64,000 nucleotides of DNA from an uncultured Bacteroidales bacterium. Its GTDB lineage: Bacteria > Bacteroidota > Bacteroidia > Bacteroidales > UBA932. Position numbers and translations under genes: made by a program. This document shows, one piece after another, positions 17,721 to 27,716 of the stretch (the stretch's first letter is position 1; every line of letters begins with the position of its first letter). Below the pieces are notes generated by a model. That model had not been told where the DNA came from. It saw nothing but the letters and a program-made list of their open reading frames with translations, and made no database searches. The stretch spans positions 1,746 to 65,745 of the forward strand of contig CALVDM010000011.1 of assembly GCA_944326335.1 (NCBI GenBank), read 5' to 3'.

Positions 17721-19073
17721 TTACCTTATATCCATCCTGATTCTTCTGTCTTGAGGATGGAGATTGTTGCACCTGTTCCCGAGATTCTTCACGAACCCGA
17801 GCGGGACTCCTCCGTGGCATACGAGCAGGTATCCCTTCGGGGCCTGGGGAAAAGCCAGTGCATCCCTGTGAAGAAACGCCAAAGCCGTGTCACGGTCCAC
17901 ATCCACCCTTCGGAATGCATCTCCTGCCAGAGATATGCACAGTGAGAGGTCGGCATCAGGTATGAAATCCCTGCCCTTGACATAACCGGCAGCGCAGCCT
18001 GACGAAACCACCCTCACCTTCTTCCCGAGGAAAAGCAGTTCTGCCGCCACTTCCTCCGGGAGAGCCTTCAGGAGCCCGCCTTTCCCCTCCGCAGCTACCG
18101 GGACATCAAAAAGGTTGTCGAGCATGGAAGCCTGATGCTTCTTCACACTCATGTCTCCGATGCGGACAGAGGCCGACACCTTTCTCAGGGCGGCACAATA
18201 CTGGCCCTCCCCCTCCACAAATCCAGGGACAAGGCTGTAGCCGTACGATGTGGTTATCACACCCTCAGGGACCTGTCCTTCTCCGAGCCTGAGGACCTCG
18301 GCACCGAGATTTTCAGCCACCCATCTTACATTGTCGTCGTTCTCGTACCTGTTGAACGTACATGTGGAATAAATGAGTATGCCTCCTTCCGGAAGCGACG
18401 GCCATACATCGGCGATGATTCTCTTCTGCCTTGCCGCACACAGGGCGACATTGTCCTCAGACCACTGGGCGGCCGCTCCGGAATCTTTCCTGAACATGCC
18501 CTCGCCGGAACACGGCACGTCGGCAAGGATAATGTCGAAGAACCCTGCCAGTGAACCGAAAGCCGCCGGGTCAGCATTCGTGACGGCGACATTCATGTCT
18601 CCCCACATCGCCACATTTCCGGCGAGGGCCTGCACCCTCGACTTCATGACCTCGTTCGACACGAGGAGAAAACCGTTCCCGCATGCCTCCCTCAGGGATG
18701 CCGCCGCATCTGTGGTCTTCCCTCCCGGAGCCGCACACAGGTCAAGCACCCTCATCTTCACTCCGGGTCTCTTCACCATGGGCATCAGGCACCTCAACAC
18801 ATGCCCCGTGAACATGGACGATGAATCCTGCACATAATAGCATCCTGCATGGAACATCGGGTCGAGGGTAAACACCGGTCTCTGCCCGAGCATCATCCCG
18901 TACCGGGACCATGGCACAGGCCTCCCGTCCACGAAGCCGGAGTGTGCCTTGAAAGGATTCATCCGCACTGACACCGATGCGGGCTTCTCCAATGCAGACA
19001 AGGCGACCCGGGCTCTCTCCTGTCCGATCGCCTCTGTCAGAAACCGTACGAAAGCGTCATTTTCCGAACCCAT
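17721..19073 (-). CDS. RsmF/NOL1/NOP2-family rRNA cytosine-C5 methyltransferase
   Basis: YVQDSSSM, DLCAAPGGKTT, DVPCSGEGMFRKD, YSTCTFN..EN. Confidence 0.92.
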   Translation of the reverse strand: MGSENDAFVRFLTEAIGQERARVALSALEKPASVSVRMNPFKAHSGFVDGRPVPWSRYGMMLGQRPVFTLDPMFHAGCYYVQDSSSMFTGHVLRCLMPMVKRPGVKMRVLDLCAAPGGKTTDAAASLREACGNGFLLVSNEVMKSRVQALAGNVAMWGDMNVAVTNADPAAFGSLAGFFDIILADVPCSGEGMFRKDSGAAAQWSEDNVALCAARQKRIIADVWPSLPEGGILIYSTCTFNRYENDDNVRWVAENLGAEVLRLGEGQVPEGVITTSYGYSLVPGFVEGEGQYCAALRKVSASVRIGDMSVKKHQASMLDNLFDVPVAAEGKGGLLKALPEEVAAELLFLGKKVRVVSSGCAAGYVKGRDFIPDADLSLCISLAGDAFRRVDVDRDTALAFLHRDALAFPQAPKGYLLVCHGGVPLGFVKNLGNRCNNLHPQDRRIRMDIR

Positions 19074-19509
19074 ACGCAGACGGGTCAAAACCTTCGGGCA
19101 TCCTGCCCTCGGAAGCGTCGGCAAGGGATGTTACGACCTTGTCCAGTGCTTCCTTCAGCTTGGAGCCGAGAAGCATCTTCATCATGAAATTCAGCTCCGC
19201 ATTGAACTCTATGTGGAAGTCTGTCTTGCCCTGTTCCGGAGCCGGGTCGAAAAACATCGACAGCGAGAACTGGAACGGGGCTCCGTCATCCTTGAAGTCT
19301 ATCCTCGAATAAGGCACTCTATCGGACACCCTGACACCGATGTCGAACCCCTGCACGGAACCTCTTATGGAATCGTAGTCAGCGACTATTCCCTGCTTCT
19401 TCTCTTCCGGAAGGAACTGGAGGAAATTGCGCATGTCCACAAACCCCATGTACAGTTCATAGGGCTGCCTGGAGACAATGGCGTGCCTGCTTTTTATATT
19501 TGTAGCCAT
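19057..19509 (-). CDS. SRPBCC/START-like domain protein
   Basis: 150 aa, beta-rich with C-terminal helix (LNFMMKMLLGSKLKEALDKVV); follows pyrE. Confidence 0.65.
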   Translation of the reverse strand: MATNIKSRHAIVSRQPYELYMGFVDMRNFLQFLPEEKKQGIVADYDSIRGSVQGFDIGVRVSDRVPYSRIDFKDDGAPFQFSLSMFFDPAPEQGKTDFHIEFNAELNFMMKMLLGSKLKEALDKVVTSLADASEGRMPEGFDPSAYGFGK

Positions 19510-19512
19510 GCC

Positions 19513-20157
19513 CTATTCCTTTTTGCCCCACGTGGACGGCGAGAAACGCCACTCCTTGAGCAGCTCGATATCCGAGTCCTTGATGTAACCCGTGTCGCAC
19601 GCCACCTGGATGAGGGCGTCGTAGTTTGTCAGTGTGGTAAGTTCCACATTCGCCTCCTCGAAAGACCGTCTCGCCTGGTTGAAATTGTATGAGAAGATGG
19701 CAACCATCCCGAGGACTTCGGCAGAAGCCTTGTTCAGGGCGTCCACGGCAGCCAGACTGCTCTTCCCGGTGGATATCAGGTCCTCGACTACAACCACCCT
19801 GGCGCCCTTCTCGAGTATGCCCTCTATCTGGGAGCCTGTCCCGTGGTCCTTCGGCTTCGGCCTGACATAGACGAACGGCTTCTTCAGGAAATGCGCGATG
19901 AGCATCCCGTGGGCTATTGCACCCGTAGCCACTCCGGCAACCACATCCACCTGAGGATATTTCTCGAGGATAATGTCCGCCATGAGGCGGCTCACATTCT
20001 CCCTTATCTCAGGGAATGAAAGGATTCTCCTGTTGTCACAATAGATTGGCGAAAGCCATCCGGAAGCCCATGTAAACGGCTTGTCCGGGCTCAGCAGCAC
20101 CGCCTTGATGTCAAGCAGCGACTTGGCGACCGATATTTCTTTAGATTCCATATCCAT
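19513..20157 (-). CDS. pyrE: orotate phosphoribosyltransferase
   Basis: FTWASGWLSPIYCDNR, VVVVEDLISTGKSS PRPP loop; start at 20157 or 20151. Confidence 0.96.
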   Translation of the reverse strand: MDMESKEISVAKSLLDIKAVLLSPDKPFTWASGWLSPIYCDNRRILSFPEIRENVSRLMADIILEKYPQVDVVAGVATGAIAHGMLIAHFLKKPFVYVRPKPKDHGTGSQIEGILEKGARVVVVEDLISTGKSSLAAVDALNKASAEVLGMVAIFSYNFNQARRSFEEANVELTTLTNYDALIQVACDTGYIKDSDIELLKEWRFSPSTWGKKE

Positions 20158-20165
20158 AATTGTTT

Positions 20166-20194
20166 TATCTTTGCAGACATATTTTACAAAGATA
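20166..20194. promoter_or_regulatory. face-to-face -7 boxes for the NUDIX gene (+) and pyrE (-)
   Basis: TATCTTTG at 20166-20173 and its reverse complement CAAAGATA at 20187-20194. Confidence 0.6.
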
Positions 20195-20212
20195 GTAATT
20201 TTAGCCGACAAA

Positions 20213-20827
20213 ATGCATAAAATATACTTTGAAAAGAGATGTATAATCATCTGTCCTCCATACGAGCAGGCTCTGACAGACCCTAATGCGGTCCTGTTCC
20301 GCCCCGGAGGAGACTCAGGGATAAGGGAAATCGTGGAGCTTGTCGAGAAGTCCGGGTCGCTCGGGAAGATATGCATCCCGACCGATGACGTGGAGGGGAC
20401 CTACCGGGACATCTGCTCGGAATTCAAGGAGGTGGAGGCAGGCGGAGGACTTGTCTCCAACCGCAGGGGTGACTTCCTGCTCATAAACAGGAGCGGGCTG
20501 TGGGACCTTCCGAAAGGACATCGCGAGGAAGGCGAGGACATAAAGGTGACCGCGCTGCGGGAGGTGCAGGAGGAGACAGGCGTGAAAGAACTCTCGCTCG
20601 GGGACCTGATATGCATAACAGACCATTGCTACAGGAGAAACGGCATCTGGCATCTGAAACACACATGGTGGTTCGACATGCTCTACACCGCCCCGACAGA
20701 CCTCATACCGCAAAAAGAGGAAGACATCTCGAAGGCCGCATGGGTCGCGAAATCGAGCCTGCCGAGCTTCCTGGACAAGACATATCCTTCGATTCTTGAA
20801 GTCTTCAAGGAAAAATTCGGCCAATAG
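20213..20827 (+). CDS. NUDIX hydrolase
   Basis: Nudix box WDLPKGHREEGEDIKVTALREVQEETG. Confidence 0.92.
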   Translation: MHKIYFEKRCIIICPPYEQALTDPNAVLFRPGGDSGIREIVELVEKSGSLGKICIPTDDVEGTYRDICSEFKEVEAGGGLVSNRRGDFLLINRSGLWDLPKGHREEGEDIKVTALREVQEETGVKELSLGDLICITDHCYRRNGIWHLKHTWWFDMLYTAPTDLIPQKEEDISKAAWVAKSSLPSFLDKTYPSILEVFKEKFGQ

Positions 20828-20924
20828 TGAAACAATTGCGGCCGAATTTCGTATAATAAAATGTCGTGTGACACTGAAGCGGGAGGGAACGCTTCAAGGA
20901 TAGAAATTTCCATCATATAAGAAA

Positions 20925-21974
20925 ATGAAACTTTCACAATTTCAATTCAATCTCCCCAAAGACAAGATAGCACAGGAACCTCCGAGATGGAGAGATGAGT
21001 GCAAGCTGATGATTCTCCACAAGGACACCGGAGAAATCGAGCACAAGCTGTTCAAGAATATAATAGACTATTTCGGAAAAGGAGACACATTCGTACTGAA
21101 CGACACCAAGGTCTTCCCTGCAAGGCTGTACGGGAACAAGGAGAAGACAAAGGCAGAGATAGAAGTGTTCCTGCTCAGGGAGCTGAACAGGGAACAGAGG
21201 CTCTGGGATGTCATTGTGGACCCTGCAAGGAAGATACGCATCGGCAACAAGCTCTACTTCGGTGAAGACGAGAGCCTTGTGGCGGAAGTCATAGACAACA
21301 CCACATCCCGCGGGCGCACACTGAGATTCCTCTACGACGGCTCTTACGAAGATTTCAAGCAGACACTGTTTTCGCTCGGCGAGACACCGGTCCCTAAATT
21401 CGTCAAGGAGAAGGTGACTCCGGAAGACGCTGAAAACTACCAGACGATATTCGCCGCGCACGAGGGTGCGGTGTCGGCTCCTGCCGCAGGGCTCCATTTC
21501 AGCAGGGAGCTTTTCAACAGGATGATTCTCAAGGACATCAACAAAGCCTTCATCACCCTGCACATGGGCATCGGACATTTCAGGTCCGTGGATGTCGAAG
21601 ACCTGTCGAAGCACAAGATGGATTCGGAGAGGGTCATCATATCAGAAGAGACGGCAGACATGATAAACAGGACGAAGAGGGCAAGGAACAAGGTCCTCGC
21701 AGTCGGAGTCACTGTCATGAGGGCTCTCGAGACCTATGTGACATCCTACGACGAGGTAAATCCGTACGACGGCTGGACGAACAAGTTCATATTCCCGCCG
21801 TACCGGTTCTCGATACCGGACGCCATTGTCTCCAACTTCCATATACCTGGGTCCACCATGCTCATGGCCGTGGCCGCGTTCGGAGAATACGACAACGTGA
21901 TGAAAGCATACGATGTGGCCCTGAAGGAAGACTACAAGTTCGGACCTTACGGGGATGCACTCCTCATAATCTGA
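20925..21974 (+). CDS. queA: S-adenosylmethionine:tRNA ribosyltransferase-isomerase
   Basis: [39 protein letters not shown]. Confidence 0.95.
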   Translation: MKLSQFQFNLPKDKIAQEPPRWRDECKLMILHKDTGEIEHKLFKNIIDYFGKGDTFVLNDTKVFPARLYGNKEKTKAEIEVFLLRELNREQRLWDVIVDPARKIRIGNKLYFGEDESLVAEVIDNTTSRGRTLRFLYDGSYEDFKQTLFSLGETPVPKFVKEKVTPEDAENYQTIFAAHEGAVSAPAAGLHFSRELFNRMILKDINKAFITLHMGIGHFRSVDVEDLSKHKMDSERVIISEETADMINRTKRARNKVLAVGVTVMRALETYVTSYDEVNPYDGWTNKFIFPPYRFSIPDAIVSNFHIPGSTMLMAVAAFGEYDNVMKAYDVALKEDYKFGPYGDALLII

Positions 21975-22001
21975 CCGGAAAGGGAAAATATCGACGGAAA
22001 A

Positions 22002-22048
22002 AGAAAAAACCTGCAGGATTTTACTTTTCTGCAGGTTTTTCTCTTTTT
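22002..22048. terminator. rho-independent terminator after queA (likely bidirectional)
   Basis: AAAAACCTGCAG...CTGCAGGTTTTT stem with a T tail and an upstream A run. Confidence 0.8.
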
Positions 22049-22071
22049 ACATGCATACCTTGGGCAAAAAA

Positions 22072-23235
22072 ATGCGCAATTATCAGGAAGAGACGGTATG
22101 CATGTGCGCCCTCAACAGGATTTTCGGCTACGAGCCCGGGATTGCGGCTGCGCTCCTGGACAATCTCGGCTCGGCGAAGGCGGTGTTCGGACTCGGGAAG
22201 GACGACATCATGTCCATATTCGGGCCTCATTCGAAATATGCGGGGAAAATATGCCTGGCCGCCCTGGATGCCGCATGGAAGGAGCTGGAGGAGGCCGCTC
22301 GCCACGATACCGTATTCATAGGCAGGAACGAGCCGTCATACCCTGCGCTGCTGAAGGAGTGCGGGGACAGTCCGGCCGGCATCTACGTCAGGAGCCTTGA
22401 CATGGAGAACTGCCTGTCCGCGGACAGGGACTACATAGCCGTCGTAGGAACAAGGAGAATATCGCAGTACGGCTCGGATTGGTGCAGGAAAATTGTCCGC
22501 ACCCTTGCGGAATCGGGAAGGCGGGTGGTGATTGTGAGCGGACTCGCCTACGGCACTGACATAACAGCCCATACGGAGGCTCTCCGCTGCGGGCTCGGTA
22601 CGATAGCCGTGATGGCCACCGGGACGGATACGATATATCCGGCCATGCATTACCGTCATGCAATGAAAATCGCAGGCACCTCCGGTTCCGCCCTAGTCTC
22701 GGACTACCCCCTCCACACGAAGGCCATACCGGTCAATTTCGTGAGGCGCAACAGAATCATAGCCGGGCTCTCAAGAGCCACCATACTGATTGAGTCTGGA
22801 GCCAGGGGCGGAGGAATGATAACGGCTCGGCAGGCGTTCTCCTACGACAGGGAAATCTATGTGCTCCCGGGCAGGGCCGACGACCCCATGTCAGCTGGAT
22901 GCAATGCGCTTCTAAGACAAGGCACCGCTATCCCGGTGACATCCCTGAAAGACCTTGCCGAGGCTCTCGGCTACACCTTCAGGACGGAGGGAAAGGAGAA
23001 TGACGCGCCGCTTGAGGCTGCCTATGCCAGGACTCTGGGCATGGACACGGTCGGGGAGATGGCGGAGTTCCTGCTCCTTGTGAAGAGACACGGCAGGCTG
23101 TCCCTGCAGGACATCGCAGACATGTCCGGCATGGGATACCGCAGGACAGCTGAAATAGCCGGGATACTGCAGAACGACGGCTTCATAGCCATGGACCTTA
23201 TGCAAAGGTGTTCAATCAACAGAAAAAATTTCTAA
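22072..23235 (+). CDS. dprA: DNA-processing protein DprA
   Basis: AVVGTR, IVSGLAYGTD, FVRRNRIIAGLS, GGMITA, GCNALL. Confidence 0.93.
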   Translation: MRNYQEETVCMCALNRIFGYEPGIAAALLDNLGSAKAVFGLGKDDIMSIFGPHSKYAGKICLAALDAAWKELEEAARHDTVFIGRNEPSYPALLKECGDSPAGIYVRSLDMENCLSADRDYIAVVGTRRISQYGSDWCRKIVRTLAESGRRVVIVSGLAYGTDITAHTEALRCGLGTIAVMATGTDTIYPAMHYRHAMKIAGTSGSALVSDYPLHTKAIPVNFVRRNRIIAGLSRATILIESGARGGGMITARQAFSYDREIYVLPGRADDPMSAGCNALLRQGTAIPVTSLKDLAEALGYTFRTEGKENDAPLEAAYARTLGMDTVGEMAEFLLLVKRHGRLSLQDIADMSGMGYRRTAEIAGILQNDGFIAMDLMQRCSINRKNF

Positions 23236-23240
23236 TTTTG
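23233..23240 (+). promoter_or_regulatory. -7 box overlapping the dprA stop codon
   Basis: TAATTTTG 20 nt before ATG 23261. Confidence 0.45.
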
Positions 23241-23260
23241 CGCATCCTACCGGTTTGACG

Positions 23261-24028
23261 ATGTATTTTGTAGACACGCACACCCACCTGTACGACGAAC
23301 AGTTCGGCGACCGTCCCGGCGATGCCGTGGAAAGGGCCGTGGCGGCAGGGGTGAAAAAGATGGTATTGCCAGACATAGACGGCTCGTCGAGGGCCGCCAT
23401 GACAAGGCTTGCGGAGCAGTTTCCCGGGACACTGTTCCCGTGCATTGGCCTGCATCCGACCTCGGTCGACTCCGGATGGAGGGAGAGACTCGAGGAAATC
23501 GAAAGCTATGGCGGGAACGGGGCTGTAGCCGTCGGAGAGACCGGGATGGACTGCTACTGGTCCAAGGAATTCGTCAGGGAACAGGCCGAGGCCTTCGAAT
23601 GGCAGATACGGTTCGCCTGCAGGCTCGGTCTCCCTGTGATAGTGCATTCCCGCGAAGCCACTGAACCTGTTTTCGAAGTGCTCGAGAAATGCAGGGATTT
23701 GTCTGTGAGAGGGGTGTTCCATGCATTCAGCGGCAGCCTGGAAACCTGCAGGAGACTCATGAAGCTCGGCGAATGGTACATAGGTATCGGAGGTGTGATA
23801 ACGTTCAGGAAAGCGTCCATAGCCGAGACCGTCAAGCATATCCCCCTCGGGAGGATATTGCTCGAGACCGACTCTCCGTACCTGACACCCGTACCGCACC
23901 GGGGAGAAAGGAACGAAAGCGCATACATCCCCCTTATAGCAGCGAAAGTGGCGGAGCAGAAGGGCATCCCGATAGAGGAAGTGGCATCGGTGACATCGGC
24001 GAACGCGGAGCACCTTTTCAACATCTGA
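23261..24028 (+). CDS. tatD: TatD family hydrolase
   Basis: DTHTH, GLHP, VGETGMD, VHSREA, HAFSG, LETDSPYL. Confidence 0.93.
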   Translation: MYFVDTHTHLYDEQFGDRPGDAVERAVAAGVKKMVLPDIDGSSRAAMTRLAEQFPGTLFPCIGLHPTSVDSGWRERLEEIESYGGNGAVAVGETGMDCYWSKEFVREQAEAFEWQIRFACRLGLPVIVHSREATEPVFEVLEKCRDLSVRGVFHAFSGSLETCRRLMKLGEWYIGIGGVITFRKASIAETVKHIPLGRILLETDSPYLTPVPHRGERNESAYIPLIAAKVAEQKGIPIEEVASVTSANAEHLFNI

Positions 24029-24039
24029 ATATTCTGGAT

Positions 24040-25098
24040 ATGATATACCGGACAGACAATGAAAACGAAAAGTCGGCTGTCCTCCTGATATACACAGGAG
24101 GTACGATAGGGATGAAGATGGATTCCGCCGACCAGACCCTGAAGCCTTTCGACTTTTCACAGATTCTCGAAGAAGTGCCGGAACTCGGGAAATTCGCGCA
24201 CAGGATCGATTCCTGCACATTGGACAAACTCATAGACTCCGCCGACGTGGAGCCCTCCCTGTGGCAGAAGCTGGTGGAACTGATTTCGGAAAGGTACGAC
24301 AGCTACGACGGGTTCGTCATCCTGCACGGGACAGACACGATGGCCTTCTCGGCCTCGGCACTCAGTTTCATGATAGAAGGCCTGACGAAACCGGTCATAT
24401 TCACGGGAAGCCAGCTTCCGATAGGCGTGGCAAGGACCGACGGCAAGGAGAACATAGTGTCGTCCGTGGAGATTGCGGCAGCCAAGGACAAGGACGGGCA
24501 CGCGATAGTGCCCGAGGTGTGCATCTGCTTCGGCAACACGCTAATGAGGGGGAACAGGGCAAAGAAAGTAGATTCCGAGACGTTCAGGGCCTTCAGGTCC
24601 GGCAACTTTCCCGCCCTGGCGGAAGCGGGCATCAGCATCAGGTACAACACTGACAGCATAATCAGACCTGCGGACTGGGACAGGAGACCGGTATTCCACA
24701 CCAGACTCGACACGAGGGTGTCCATACTGAAGCTGCATCCGGGCATCACCCCACAGGTGGTCAGGAACATCATCTGCGGCCCGGAGACAAGGGCTGTGAT
24801 TATGGAGACTTACGGGGCTGGAAACGCGCCTTCGAAACAATGGTTCCTGGACCTCATAAAAGAAGGCATTTCAATGGGAAAGATTCTGCTCAACGTGACA
24901 CAGTGCCTTGCCGGCTCGGTGAACATGGACCTCTACGCCACCGGGAAGAAGCTCGAGGAAGCCGGTGTGCAGAGCGGCTACGACTGCACCACAGAAGGGG
25001 CTCTCGCAAAGCTTTTCTACCTTATGGGAATGCACGGAGACAACGGATTTGTCATTGAAGAACTGGGCAAAAACCTGCGTGGAGAAATAACGAAATAA
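24040..25098 (+). CDS. ansA: type I L-asparaginase
   Basis: YTGGTIGM, HGTDTM, TGSQLP, ETYGAGN; start trimmed to ATG 24040. Confidence 0.93.
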   Translation: MIYRTDNENEKSAVLLIYTGGTIGMKMDSADQTLKPFDFSQILEEVPELGKFAHRIDSCTLDKLIDSADVEPSLWQKLVELISERYDSYDGFVILHGTDTMAFSASALSFMIEGLTKPVIFTGSQLPIGVARTDGKENIVSSVEIAAAKDKDGHAIVPEVCICFGNTLMRGNRAKKVDSETFRAFRSGNFPALAEAGISIRYNTDSIIRPADWDRRPVFHTRLDTRVSILKLHPGITPQVVRNIICGPETRAVIMETYGAGNAPSKQWFLDLIKEGISMGKILLNVTQCLAGSVNMDLYATGKKLEEAGVQSGYDCTTEGALAKLFYLMGMHGDNGFVIEELGKNLRGEITK

Positions 25099-25221
25099 GT
25101 ATTGCCATATAAAAATTATTTGCTAAATTGCACCGGATTTTGGTAAACTACATAACCGGAATACAGCTTGAAAAAATTTTAACAAACTGATACATTATTA
25201 ATTAAACACACACACTCAATT

Positions 25222-26031
25222 ATGAAAAATTTTTTCATACTTCTTGCATCTATTGCAATGATGGCGTTTTCCGCCCAGTTTGCGGCAGCTCAGGACGAGA
25301 CTACGGCTCCGGATTCTGCCGCTGTAGCGGACACAGCAGCTGCTGAAGAGGCAATTGCCGCTGAAGCAAACCCGTTCCAGGCAGCACCAAGCGAAATTCC
25401 GCTTCACCAGCAGCTCAAGACAAAATTCATTGAAGGTGGTCCAGGCTTCATGGCTTCAATCATACTCTGCCTTATCTTCGGTCTGGCTATCTCTATCGAG
25501 AGAATCCTTTACCTCAGCCTCTCCAAGACAAACACCAAGAAGCTCCTCTCCAAAATTGAGACAGCTCTCAACGAAGGCGGTGTAGAAGCAGCAAAGGAAG
25601 TATGCCGCAACACCCGCGGTCCTGTCGCCAGCATCTTCTATCAGGGCTTCCTCCGTATGGACCAGGGTATCGAGGTAGTCGAGAAGACAGTGGTTTCCTA
25701 CGGTTCGGTACAGATGAGCCTCATGGAAAACAACCTTACATGGGTTGCCCTCTTCATCGCTCTTTCAACATCCCTCGGATTCTTGGGAACGGTTGTCGGA
25801 ATGGTGCAGGCATTCGATGCAATCCAGGCAGCAGGTGACATCTCCCCTAACGTCGTTGCAGGAGGTATGAAGGTTGCCTTGATCACGACGGTCGGCGGTC
25901 TTATCGTGGCCATTATTCTCCAGATTTTCTACAACTATATCGTTTCGAGGATTGATTCTCTTTCAATTGACATGGAAGATGCATCCATCTCTCTCGTGGA
26001 TATTCTGGTAAAATATGAGAATAAAAAATAA
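25222..26031 (+). CDS. exbB: MotA/TolQ/ExbB proton channel
   Basis: LGFLGTVVGMVQAF, VALITTVGGL; followed by two ExbD genes. Confidence 0.9.
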   Translation: MKNFFILLASIAMMAFSAQFAAAQDETTAPDSAAVADTAAAEEAIAAEANPFQAAPSEIPLHQQLKTKFIEGGPGFMASIILCLIFGLAISIERILYLSLSKTNTKKLLSKIETALNEGGVEAAKEVCRNTRGPVASIFYQGFLRMDQGIEVVEKTVVSYGSVQMSLMENNLTWVALFIALSTSLGFLGTVVGMVQAFDAIQAAGDISPNVVAGGMKVALITTVGGLIVAIILQIFYNYIVSRIDSLSIDMEDASISLVDILVKYENKK

Positions 26032-26040
26032 CATCAGGCA

Positions 26041-26469
26041 ATGTCAAGATACGAAAAAATAATCAAGATATCATTGTGGGTATTGATGCTTGTCAGTACG
26101 GCAATCACCGTGTGGGCCTATGCAGCCAACTTCACTGACACATCTGTCGATACCCTGCTCTACTGGGCCTATGTAATGGTAGTCGCCGGTCTTGCTTTGG
26201 CAGTCGTCATAGGCATTGTAATCAGCGCTATCAACAACCCTAAGAGCCTGCTCAAGGGAGGACTCGCACTTCTGTGTGTGGCAGTCGTCATAGGTGCAGT
26301 ATATTTCCTGTCGTCAGGAGCGCCTGCAGTAGGCTACGTGGGCAAGGAAGTGAGCGCACTCACCCTCAAGCTTACGGATACGGTGCTCAACCTCACCTAC
26401 ATACTTTGCGCACTGACTATCCTTGCCATCATCTACGGTGCAATAGATAATGCGATTCGCAACAAATAA
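26041..26469 (+). CDS. four-TM membrane protein of the exbB-exbD operon
   Basis: Four hydrophobic helices; sits tightly between exbB and exbD. Confidence 0.75.
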   Translation: MSRYEKIIKISLWVLMLVSTAITVWAYAANFTDTSVDTLLYWAYVMVVAGLALAVVIGIVISAINNPKSLLKGGLALLCVAVVIGAVYFLSSGAPAVGYVGKEVSALTLKLTDTVLNLTYILCALTILAIIYGAIDNAIRNK

Positions 26470-26479
26470 GTAGAACAGT

Positions 26480-27055
26480 ATGTCTAAAAAAGTTCCAGAA
26501 TTAAATTCAAGTTCATCAGCGGACATCGCGTTCCTGCTGCTGTCATACTTCCTGATGACCACCACGATGAATCAGGACTCGGGACTGCAGCGCCGTCTGC
26601 CGCCGATACCTGACGAGAATCAGGAGGTGGAAGACCAGAAAGTCAACAGGAGGAACATCATTATCGTGAGGATAAACTCCGCAGACAGACTGTTCGCTGG
26701 TAATGAACCGATGGATGTGAGCTTATTGAAAGACAAAGTAAAAGAATTCCTTGTAAACCCTAACAATGACCCGAACCTTCCGGAAAGGGCTCCAAAGGAG
26801 ATTGAAGGCTTCGGAACATACAACGTCTCGAGAGGTGTCATCTCTCTCCAGAACGACCGCGGCACAAGCTACAAGGCATACATCGAGGTGCAGAACGAGC
26901 TTGTGAAGGCAGTCAACGAACTGAGGGATGAATTTGCTAAAGCGAACTTCGGGAAAGCATATCTCAACCTCAACGAAGACCAGCAGAGAATTGTCAGGGA
27001 GGCTATTCCTCAGAATATTTCCGAGGCAGAGCCTAAGGACGTAAGTAAAAGCTAA
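26480..27055 (+). CDS. exbD: biopolymer transporter ExbD
   Basis: SSADIAFLLLSYFLMTTTM TM with the conserved Asp; NDRGTSY. Confidence 0.88.
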   Translation: MSKKVPELNSSSSADIAFLLLSYFLMTTTMNQDSGLQRRLPPIPDENQEVEDQKVNRRNIIIVRINSADRLFAGNEPMDVSLLKDKVKEFLVNPNNDPNLPERAPKEIEGFGTYNVSRGVISLQNDRGTSYKAYIEVQNELVKAVNELRDEFAKANFGKAYLNLNEDQQRIVREAIPQNISEAEPKDVSKS

Positions 27056-27069
27056 AGGAGAATAAGGTT

Positions 27070-27540
27070 ATGTCAAAATTCGGAGGAAAAGGGGACAAGA
27101 AATCAGTCCCGGGGTTGACCACCGCGTCAATGTCCGATATCGTGTTCATGCTTCTGTTCTTCTTTATGGTCACGACAAGCATGCGTGAAACGGAGAACAA
27201 GGTCATTGTAAGCCTTCCGGAAGCGACCGAGGTCGCAAAGCTGGAAAGGAAGGACCTTACCTCCTACATAAACATCGGTTCCCCTATCGCCTCACTCCAG
27301 AGGATGTACGGAACGGATGCACGTATACAGCTCAATGACTCTTTCAAGACAGTTGACGAAATCCGAGACTTCATCGCAGCAGAGCGCGACGCGATGAGTG
27401 AAGTGGACAGACAGTATATGACAGTTTCAATCAGGGCAGACGCAAACGTCAGGATGGGTATCATCACTGACGTGAAGCAGGAGCTCAGAAGATGCTCGGC
27501 ATTGAAAATCATGTACGCGGCAAGGAAACCTGCCGAATAA
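27070..27540 (+). CDS. exbD: biopolymer transporter ExbD
   Basis: SMSDIVFMLLFFFMVTT; IRADANVRMG. Confidence 0.88.
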   Translation: MSKFGGKGDKKSVPGLTTASMSDIVFMLLFFFMVTTSMRETENKVIVSLPEATEVAKLERKDLTSYINIGSPIASLQRMYGTDARIQLNDSFKTVDEIRDFIAAERDAMSEVDRQYMTVSIRADANVRMGIITDVKQELRRCSALKIMYAARKPAE

Positions 27541-27571
27541 GTCTGCAAAGGATGCCCGCAAGGGTTGAATG

Positions 27572-27625
27572 CAAAGGAAAGGGGCTGTGTCAAAATGCAA
27601 ATTTTGGCTCAGCCCTTTTCCTTTG
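27572..27625. repeat. REP-like palindrome, copy 2; likely terminator of the exb operon
   Basis: CAAAGGAAAGGGGCTGTGTCAAAAT-GCAA-ATTTTGGCTCAGCCCTTTTCCTTTG, 25-bp arms with 3 mismatches. Confidence 0.75.
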
Positions 27626-27667
27626 GTTTTAGGATACAATGTTTGACAGATTTTCAAAACAGTTTCT

Positions 27668-27675
27668 TATATTTG
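27668..27675 (+). promoter_or_regulatory. -7 box, with a possible -33 TTTG at 27642-27645
   Basis: TATATTTG upstream of the alkaline phosphatase gene. Confidence 0.55.
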
Positions 27676-27716
27676 ACGTCTGAAAAATCTAAGTGCAATC
27701 ACACAAAAAGACAGCA

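Noticed and set aside
17589-17945. 118-aa + strand ORF starting in the hairpin mosaic
   Set aside because: Mostly antisense to the rsmF-like gene, low complexity, and no transposase motifs
20875-20896. Hairpin TGAAGCG-GGAGGGAA-CGCTTCA upstream of queA as a possible preQ1 riboswitch
   Set aside because: The loop and tail do not match the preQ1 consensus as I know it; a single 7-bp stem is not enough evidence
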